Assembly (NCBI RefSeq): GCF_000743755.1 | Contig: NW_014569502.1 | Span: forward strand, 1 to 47,186 | DNA length: 47,186 nucleotides | Source: Blastocystis sp. subtype 4 | Taxonomy: Eukaryota | Direction: 5' to 3' | Notes under the pieces: model-generated | What the model was told of the DNA's origin: nothing | What the model saw: the letters and a program-made list of their open reading frames with translations, nothing else | The model's database searches: none | Position numbers and translations under genes: made by a program | Part shown: piece after piece, positions 38,741 to 47,186 of the stretch | Layout of the letters: each line of letters begins with the position of its first letter | Numbering within the stretch: the stretch's first letter is position 1

Positions 38741-40388
38741 AACTAAATGACCACCCTTCTTCCCTTCCTTCTGATTCAGACTGTTCTTCTGGTTGTTTAT
38801 GAATATATCGGTTGAGATCCGAATCATCCATAAGTAATGAATCATCAAACAGTTCTACTGGATTCTTCTCTAGCATTTCCTCTTTCATTGAGTCTCTTTC
38901 ATCATTTGTGTCTAATACAATTGTTCGTACTCTGGGCCCAGTAATCACCTCATTTCCTGAATTCCTCTTATACCGAGATTTCTGCTTTCCATAAACTTCC
39001 TTCATTTGAATTTCCTCTGAAAAGTCTCCCACTGGTTCATAAGCTCCTGAAGCAACTAATGTATCATAGTCTGACGAACTCACAATAATAATTTCGTCCT
39101 GATTTTTGCCACCCACAACTCGTAACTTCTTCAATTTCTTGTTCTTTGCATTCTTTGAAAGATGTGACATTCCTTGTCTTGCAGAAGAACGACGTGATTC
39201 TCGCGAACATATAGGACAAGCTTAGAGTTATCTTCGTTTCCTGATCTTACCAATTGTACCACTGCTCTTCCATTTGTTGACACGACTTACTACTGATTCT
39301 TGCCATTCATTCCCACATCCTTCCACCGTCTTTAAACCATGTCCAAGAAGATCCACAGCACCCATAGATTTTGGCAAACCATTACATGTCCACCACACTA
39401 CTCGATCACTGAATGGGAACACCATCTCTGGAGTCAGAGGGAGATTCTTTGTTGTATGCCACTGGTATGCCACTACTGGATACAGAAATGCTAACGATCG
39501 TTCGTAACTGATCTGGTGACCGGAGCAGATAGGACATTCTATGAGTGATACTGTTGTTGTGTATCTACTGCTCCGATGCGAAGATGTACGATTGTTCACA
39601 GAGGTCATCCATTCATGCCCATTTTCACATTTCCACCAGACACGTATAGCAGAACTCTTGGATACCTGAGAAGGAAGCAAATCACCATTCTTAACATAGT
39701 CCCATTCCTTGGCTATTTCTGGGTATGCAGTCTCTAGATTCCGAGTTTCCATCTTCATTCCACTACAATATGGACATAAACCTATTCATCATATGGAATC
39801 CCCACTACGACCTTGCGTTGACGTCTTAGGACTCACACGTTGATTCACTGGACGTTTCCAGACATGTGAAGGATCCTTATCACATTGCCACCATACATTC
39901 TTGCTGGAAGTGTAAGTGACATCCGATGGAACGAGAGTGCCATTTAACTTTGGATGCCATTGAGACGCAAGTTCTGGATATTTTGTAGATAACGAGTTGG
40001 TAACGGAAACACGTTTGTTGTTACAAAATGGACACCCTGTGTACTTTCCTTGCTTGTCAACAACATAACGAACACAGTTTTGCCATTCATGATCCACTCC
40101 CTTTGGACATTTCCACCAGACCTTCCGAAACGATTTGATTGTTACATCTTTTGGTGAAATTCCCTGATTCTTCGTTGGGTGCCAATAGAGAAGGAGTTCT
40201 GGACTTGTTACAGTAATTGGCGGACAAGAGAGTTCCTTCCGATAATATCGCTTTTGAATGATCTTATCCCTGTATCCACTTTCCAAAGAATTTAAAGAGC
40301 AATACATCCGAATCCCACAAACACACCTAGATAGCACAGGAGATGTTTTGAAAGCGCATTTCAATAGATTATGAACAGGACGGAACAT
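38741..40388 (-). CDS. Zinc-ribbon (DUF4379-type) four-repeat protein with a possible mitochondrial presequence
   Basis: Four copies of (Y)PE(L/I)xxxW(H/D)xxKN..P..V...S...VWWxC..H.W...V..R, some ending CPxC. N-terminus MFRPVHNLLKCAFKTSPVLSR. Confidence 0.8.
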
Positions 40389-40493
40389 TATCGATGCCCT
40401 ACTCGATCATTCTTTTGAAGTTCAGATTCGTTAATCTATGTATATAATGATATCTATGAGTTCATAGAATAGATCGCAGTTGTGCTGGATAAG

Positions 40494-41225
40494 ATGGAGC
40501 CGGAATCGTTTTTGTTTACCAAAGGTGATAATACCATCCAGGTAATGATCAATCAAGGACTTTCAGGTGATTTTGGCGATACCGTCTGGCCAGCGGCAAA
40601 AGAACTCGGAACTCTTCTCTGGAACAATGTTCCTTTTGTACAAGGAAAACACGTTATTGAATTGGGATGTGGACCAGGTTTATCTGGTATAGTTGCTGCG
40701 AAATGTGGAGCTTATGTAACCTTCACTGATAAGCGATTCCCTTTATGTATTCTAGAAAATTGTAAGGCAAACTGCGATTTGAACGGCCTGAATGACTATA
40801 TGATCGTTTATCACATAGCATTGAATCACACGTAGCTTCCATTGGATTGGGGAATATTAGATTTCTCTATCTGCAGTTTACCTTCGGTAGACCTGATAAT
40901 TGGTGCTGATCTAATGTACGATACTAAGTGTATGTACTGTCACTATGTCTAACTCATCAGCATTGGATTCTCTCTTGTTTACAGTCTCCTTTCTTCATCA
41001 TTGTAATCCTAAGTGTCAATTCCTATTTGTCTTTCCTGAAAGAGAGTAGAATTGAGTATATGGATTGATCTACAGATGTTTGAACTCTGTGAAAAGCTAT
41101 TTTGCGCGCTGGGATTTAGGTCTGGATTGTTTCCTCTTGAACAGCAACTCTCTTCAGCGGATGATTGTTGCATGTTCGAAGGGCTTGTTTCGGATGAATG
41201 CTATACAAGAGTGACCTATAAATAG
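40494..41225 (+). CDS. Family-16 protein methyltransferase (METTL23-like)
   Basis: GDTVWPAA, GKHVIELGCGPGLSGI, VTFTD, LDWG, DLIIGADLMYD. Confidence 0.82.
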
Positions 41226-41252
41226 ATTTCTATATTGATGAGAGTTTGAGTT

Positions 41253-41325
41253 GGGGGTGTAGCTCAGATGGTAGAGCGCTCGCTTAGCATGCGAGAGGTA
41301 AGGGGATCGATGCCCCTCTCCTCCA
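41253..41325 (+). tRNA. tRNA-Ala (AGC)
   Basis: Cloverleaf GGGGGTGTAGCTCAGATGGTAGAGC..TT-AGC-AT..GATCGATG..CTCCA with G3.U70; followed by T-runs. Confidence 0.95.
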
Positions 41326-41370
41326 TCTTTTCTTTCTTTCATCATATTTCTTTTTCTTACAAACACAATT

Positions 41371-43245
41371 CTAAGGGATATTCATTACATTGCACAGAAA
41401 CTTAGGATGTGAATCTAGTCCTTACCTCCACCACCAATTCAAACCCATAATCAGAATCATTTTTCAAATATGATAACCGCGAAGCTTCATCCATTGCCAT
41501 CCATTCACTGGCAATTATCGATCGTAAAGCCTCTTCATCAGCCTCTACTATCAAAGTCTTTCTCTCTTCTCTTACCAGGTTTCTCATGTTTCAATACAAT
41601 CATTCGTCTCGTTTGATAATTCAGAAAAGCAGGATGTAAATGACTCAAATCTTCCATTTTCTTCACTGTATTTACAGGAGGTGCTAATGCTTCTTGTTCC
41701 TGATGACTGCGCTCAATATACACCTGTTTTCGTTCTTCTGGCATGGATTTCCAGGCATCAGCTAACTTCTTGCTAATCTCTCCAAATGGAATATCTGATG
41801 AACAACACCATATCAATTATACTTTCATTCTCTTCCCTCAAATGAGCCATTTGTTCCTTGTAAAAGAGTGTATATGGAGTTCGAGCTCGTTTGGCCCGTT
41901 TAGGCTTTGGAATTGGAAGTACAATTGGTTCCTTAATACTAAGACTCATTTGAATCAATCAGATATACCTTTGACGGACTTTTTCGACTTCTCTTTTGAT
42001 TCTTTCTTTGTCATCAAAAGCACTTTCTTCATAAGGAGCTCGCTCTTCATCTGTCATATTTGACCAGATCATATTCAATTGCTTGTTGATATCATTTGAA
42101 GACATTTCTGAATATTACTTCAAATCCTCATACGAACGGTTATTCTGTGCTCGAATCTCCTCTCGTTTCAATGAACAGAAGTATAAATAAGCTGATTTTG
42201 CTCGTGATGCTGAAGCAGTTGAATTACGGTTACATCGTTTGACATCATCAGGAGTAAGACCCAAATCTGCTAATTCTCTCATATATCGCAAACGATCATC
42301 ACTTTCCATTTTTTTATACGGCTACGTCTGAGAAATCAAGTTTAGTTCAACTTCCTTTTCTTCTGTTGTTAAGGAGTTCCACTCAGCTCCTAAACGCCGA
42401 CTAACTTCTACAGGACTGATACTATCATTCTGCTCTTGAATGCGAGCTCGATGCTTCAGACAGTAGAATATGTATGCAGAACGAGCTTTCTTTGGGATTG
42501 AAACGCCCATTGTATTCATGGAAATCGATCGAAGACCAATTTCTTTCTCCTTCCGAAGATTATCTCGATCATGTCGAGCTTTGATATAAATATTAGGACT
42601 AGGAATCAAATGAAATTAGATGAATCACCGTTCCTCCAGATCTTGAGGGAAAGTACTCTCCAATTCACTTAGCTTGAGATAGCGCTGCTTGTCTTCAGTG
42701 GGTAATGCTCGCCAACTATTCTCAATGATTTTAGCCACTTCTTGTTGAGAAATACCTACGATCGACAATACCTTCCATTCATACTTGGATTCTGTGCTTG
42801 AACTAGAGTATTCCTTTCATTGTAGAAGGTTGTGTAAGCATTGTTCCACTGTTGGCGTTCTGCAGATTCCACCTAGAGTTCAGAAGACTCCAAATCACCA
42901 ACAGGATGGTCCATTAGGCTAGTGTAGTCTTCGCTAGGATACAATTCGGAGGATACCTCCTGTTTCGAACTCTTTCCAACACGTTCTCTGAATTCTTGTA
43001 TTGTTTCATCCTATACCTTATTCAAAATAGGATAGAAATACCTTGATAATTGCTTTAATCTGGTCCTTTTGACTCGATAGTTGGTCATGGGAAATACCTA
43101 GTTTATCTTCAAGCATACGAAGAACAGTCTTGTATTTGATACGACTAGTTGTCACTTCAACCATACATTTATACTCGAGCTCGGCCACTGTTTTCATGAA
43201 ACTCCGGACTTCGGCAGCAATAGTATCGTGAAGCGACTGATTCAT
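41371..43245 (-). CDS. Protein with about five HMG boxes and a DEK-C-like N-terminus
   Basis: NAYTTF..W, KKARSAYIFY..LGAEW, RAKSAYLYF..IW, RARTPYTLF..LADAW, PAFLNY..ASEW; N-terminal KTVLRMLEDKLG..LSSQKDQIKAII. Both ends approximate. Confidence 0.8.
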
Positions 43246-43641
43246 TCTACAAAAGTGTAAGTACATTGTTCTTTCTGACTACTCAAAAAGGTGCAAAGGT
43301 GATGAGGAAACGAATAAGACACAGATATTAACATTTCAGCAGAATCCCCTACTTTTGGCGCTTATGAATTCAAATGAGCCGAGTGAAGATTACTTTTGAT
43401 GGAGTATCCGTCGAGGTTTCGCGGGAATCGACTAGGAGTAAAGGGATGGGGATTATTTCTATTAACTCACAGATTACAAAGGGCATTGGTTCAAGCTCTA
43501 TTTCCTTTCAATTATTGTAAATAATGAGATTCTGTTGAGGATACTGATTGAACTCAGAGTAATAATGCCATACAGGAACAAGTGAATCGAATTGAACAAC
43601 AAACAATTGTGCATTTGGATGCTTCCAAACAAGTCAACGTA

Positions 43642-44749
43642 TCATGCCTCGATATCTGCAAGAGGTGTCATTTCAACAGTCTCCATACGACGACAATGGT
43701 TGACAATTCCAATAGACTACAGATCAACAATCCATCTCAATATGAACGATAATTAGCAAAATCAAAATAGTCAGTCCAATGGCAGTGAAACTGATTCCAA
43801 TACGACTCGCTTCTTTGCGAGTTATTCCCATGCACTGGGCTTCTTCTGTATTGATATCACTGCAGCCCTCTGTAAAATAAGATGCTGTGATAGCACTATC
43901 CTGGTAATATCGTATCTATATGGAAAAACAAATGAAACGCCCACTTCAATAGGAATCTCTAAAGGCTTTGAAGTACTGTAAATTGCAGGATTCCAACTGT
44001 TGGTGAAGGAACAACCAACATTGGTAGTCTTCAATTCCCACTTTCTAGCAGTTATCCTTTCCTATCACACCTACGCAGGTTTATCCAAAACAAGCGTGTG
44101 GTTATCATTGAAATGAACACGATAACAGAGACGAGTGAGATAGTCCCAGAATTCACAGATCTCTTCTTTAGCATGCCAGACTCCATTATACTTGTTACAT
44201 GCAAGAATACATTGCTCTCTAGAATAAAGAATCAACAAAACACAAACGTATTGTGATCACAGTCAAGTTCATGAACGCCGATTCTTTTAATAAGTACGGG
44301 AGGTATAGTATCATTCACAACAGTAGAATGATGATGAGATAAAGTGACATGAAGGGAATCGTTGGTAAACTGAAGGTTTGTATTGTAAAATAAGGCATCA
44401 GTATAAACACAACCTTCCTCAGGATCTCCATTACGATTGCAAGAATCACGAATAGGATACAAGTGACCAGTTGTATTCCTAACGGGCATCATTTCTTCAC
44501 TCCCGAGATCGGTAGAAGCAGTGATATGCAATCCACTATATTCCTTAAGCCCCTTTGTAGCCCATTGCGAAGCCCGTTTATTATATCTATTCTATCACAA
44601 TGGATCTACTGTGCATACTCCAAAATATTTACTGACCGCTTGTTTATTCCCACCAAAAGAACTGCGCCACATAACAGAAGAGCAATGGGAATTACATAGA
44701 TAATCATTACAACTACATAATAGCAACGACTTTTCTTTTCGCGAGCCAT
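43642..44749 (-). CDS. Hypothetical membrane protein (N-terminal TM, Cys-containing loop)
   Basis: MAREKKSRCYYVVVMIIYVIPIALLLCGAVLLVG; ~30-nt introns; TGTTTGTT at 43598-43605. Confidence 0.55.
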
Positions 44750-44895
44750 GATCCTTGTAGATAGAAAGAAATATGAAGCAATTTAAGCAATAATACTATA
44801 TGAAATGGGATACAACAAAGCGATATCTATTCCAATATGGTTTCTGAAAGGTGATTGTCATTCTTGTTTCTCTCGTTCCCCTTAAATTGAGGAAT

Positions 44896-45801
44896 ATGGA
44901 TGATTTACACCCTAATTCTCACTTTGAAGAGATACAGCGAAGGCCCTCGAATGACATTAGTGTAGCTGTGTTTTATGGAATCAAAGTCGACAAATCCAAA
45001 ATTGCATCATTGTTACATTATCTGAGTGATTCATTTCCTTTTTCAGATGCTGTTGGTTATTCTGTGAGTCCTTATAGCTAGTACCGTCATTTGAAACGTG
45101 TCAATAAGTGCAAGGACGATCCTAATCTCCTTTGTGCCCTTATTTGTGAACGGGATCAGGACATGTCTAAACCTAGTCTTCCTGAGTGTTCAGATGTGGA
45201 TATCATTGAGGTCATTGTTCCGAAGTACCCAGCAGAAACCAAAGAACAATTCACAAAGGGGCGGGCATTGTGGCCGATCAATTACCATCCATCAACACCT
45301 CCTCCCTCTCTTTCGAAGGAGGAAATAGATCGTTTCACTCGTGCAATGAAACGAGCTATTCAGTTGGGTTATGAAGCTTCCAAAAAGGGAAATGCACCCG
45401 TAGGAATGGTAATCCTAGACGCAGAAGGATCGGTTCTTGCAGAGTGTGGCGATAATCGGAAAGAGATGTATCTGGATCATTGCTGTTTTGCAGGAATTCG
45501 TCTTCGGAGTGAACACTTACTGGAAGTACGAGGAGGAAAGAGAGCTTCGAAGGACGAACCTTATCTCTGTACGAACTGTGACGTTGTTCTTACTCGAGAA
45601 CCATGTGTGATGTGTTCTATGTGTCTTCTTCACAGTCGAGTTCGTTATGTTATTTATGGTTGTGATGACTCACACGGAGGATTGAAGAGTCAGACTAGTC
45701 TTCATTTTAACCTAAAGTTGAATCATCACTTTCGAGTATTTCGAGGTTGCTTGGAAAAGGAATGTGAAGCTTTGTGGAATTCTCACAGTGAATTTGTATA
45801 A
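44896..45801 (+). CDS. ADAT3: tRNA A34 deaminase non-catalytic subunit Tad3/ADAT3
   Basis: HLKRV, WPINYH, DHCC in place of HAE, YLCTNCDVVLTREPCVMCSMCLLHSR, LNHHFRVF. Confidence 0.9.
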
Positions 45802-45859
45802 TAGAGTTGTTTGTAAAAAAGACAAGTCAGTAGTGTACATTGCGAAGGAGAGGATCGTT

Positions 45860-47074
45860 ATGTCTCTTTTGAACTGCATTCTCCAGAGTCTACATGGTAC
45901 GCACATCCGAATCATATACGTCTCCAACCTGCATACGACGTACTCGTCGCATTCGTTCTTCATTCACTCTTCTGGATTCTTCTTCTACCTATGAAACAGC
46001 ATCTCCAAAGCAAACCAGATATGAGAGGCGATGTGGAAGATCGTTTACAAGTAAAACCACTAAGATACAATACAACAATAAGAACTAATCCAACAAAGAG
46101 ATAAACGCCATAAGTCTATTTGATATTTCTATTAATATTCCCATACATGAGTAATCTGGATGTACAAGTTGTAAAGGCTGCTAATATCTTGTTCGATACT
46201 GAAAGGAGCATCAGCATGCAAATCAATCTTCATGATTGAGGAGCAGAACGATTTGTTGAATCCTTTCTGATGTATTCGAACTTAAGTGAAGAATGGAAAT
46301 TGTTTGTACCGATTCACAAGACATCGGATGTTTCTACAACTGCATATAACTCATCAGTAGTGACACAAACCATTCCAGAGACCAATCCCGCAGATAGCAG
46401 TTCGTTTGGAAGTCGTATGAAGGAGTACACTGTAGCTACATTGAATGAGATAGCGCATCAAGTTGAAGCACAACATTCTGCTGATCTGGAGGAATTGGAT
46501 ATTTGTGACTATGGAATGGAATTATCATGTATAGTTCATAAGATTGTGGATGAATTCAGGAGGCAGTGTTCATCCATCCTCAAGGAAACATCTATTCCTG
46601 ACTCCAATGAAGTTGATATTAGGTAGAATGATTACTCTAGACAGAGTTGAACCACCAGCAGCAATGCCGTGTAGAAACGGATTATCTAGTGAAGAAATTG
46701 AAGAACCTGCAGCAGATTTGCAAAGGATATGAGAGCGAGAAACGTGCTTGGGAGGAAAATCTAAGTTTCTTTAAGAATCCACTCTCTCTGACTTCTGTTG
46801 AGTCAATAGACTGTGCATTTGAAGGTGTAAATGATACTGCTACCCTCTCCAAACTCTATGATGCTGTAAGAGTGTTTGAGTCAGTTGAATGTAGAGTGGA
46901 TCTCTTTTAAACATCTTACATGGAGTGAAGGATGTCAAAGAGGAGGTTGTTACGGCTAGGCAACAATTGGTAAAGGCGTATCATGATGATGTTCTTCATC
47001 GTTGGAATGCAAATAACTTCGTTCTTGCTTCTGTGGAGTCAGATCTTACTGCTGCAAGACTCTCATCCGTGTAA
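45860..47074 (+). CDS. Hypothetical coiled-coil protein (weak resemblance to kinetochore Dsn1/Mis13)
   Basis: Basic RRxRSS N-terminal part; KKLKNLQQICKGYESEKRAWEE; TAA at 47072-47074 then TGTTTGTT. The family guess is weak. Confidence 0.4.
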
Positions 47075-47087
47075 CATAGCATACAGC

Positions 47088-47186
47088 TGTTTGTTGAACA
47101 AACACACCAACTGATGTCCTTGGATTCTGAAAGGCAACTTAGTTCTCTTCTTCAGCCTCACTAGCACGCTTCAGACGACGTCCATA
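47088..47186. repeat. Right arm of the perfect 99-bp inverted repeat
   Basis: Exact reverse complement of 1-99. Confidence 0.97.

Noticed and set aside
41253..45801. Functional linkage of tRNA-Ala(AGC) and ADAT3
   Set aside because: They are separated by two unrelated genes; chance proximity is likely in so compact a genome.
103..47074. Fragmented ORFs as pseudogenes or an alternative genetic code
   Set aside because: Where I traced them, the breaks are explained by ~30-nt GT-AG introns that restore conserved motifs under the standard code.
1..47186. The whole window as a giant TIR transposon, Polinton or linear plasmid
   Set aside because: No transposase, integrase, PolB or capsid gene. 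The content is intron-rich housekeeping genes, and the repeat is a gene tail whose length matches a typical assembly k.

Overview
This is gene-dense, AT-rich eukaryotic nuclear DNA, most likely Blastocystis (stramenopile). Three features support that: ~30-nt GT-AG introns, tiny intergenic spaces, and a TGTTTGTT-like motif 4 nt past the 3' end of many genes. The ORF track is fragmented because genes are split by these introns. I reconstruct about 28 protein genes: Top6B-like, glucosidase I, a giant TPR protein, WD40, MFS, GT61, a fucosyltransferase-like enzyme, UBX, rhodanese-like, WAVE/SCAR, DHX37, SelT-like, TAF6-like, saposin-like, GRAM/VASt, RBM42, RPL36, DCC1, a sphingosine kinase-like enzyme, a DUF4379 repeat protein, METTL23-like, a 5xHMG protein, ADAT3 and others. 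There are also two tRNAs, tRNA-Ala(AGC) and tRNA-Sec(UCA). Highlights: (1) a canonical 9/4 tRNA-Sec near a Sec-less SelT homolog; (2) two ~42-nt minor-spliceosome introns in RBM42, one AT-AC and one forced AT-AA; (3) about ten genes whose stop codon appears to be completed by polyadenylation; (4) a Top6B with no room for H2TH but intact ATPase motifs; (5) a perfect 99-bp inverted repeat at the window ends, probably an assembly break in a duplicated gene. All gene models and family calls were made by eye from motif recognition; boundaries are approximate and no searches were run. I found no transposase, prophage or CRISPR array, and I cannot claim a wholly new system.
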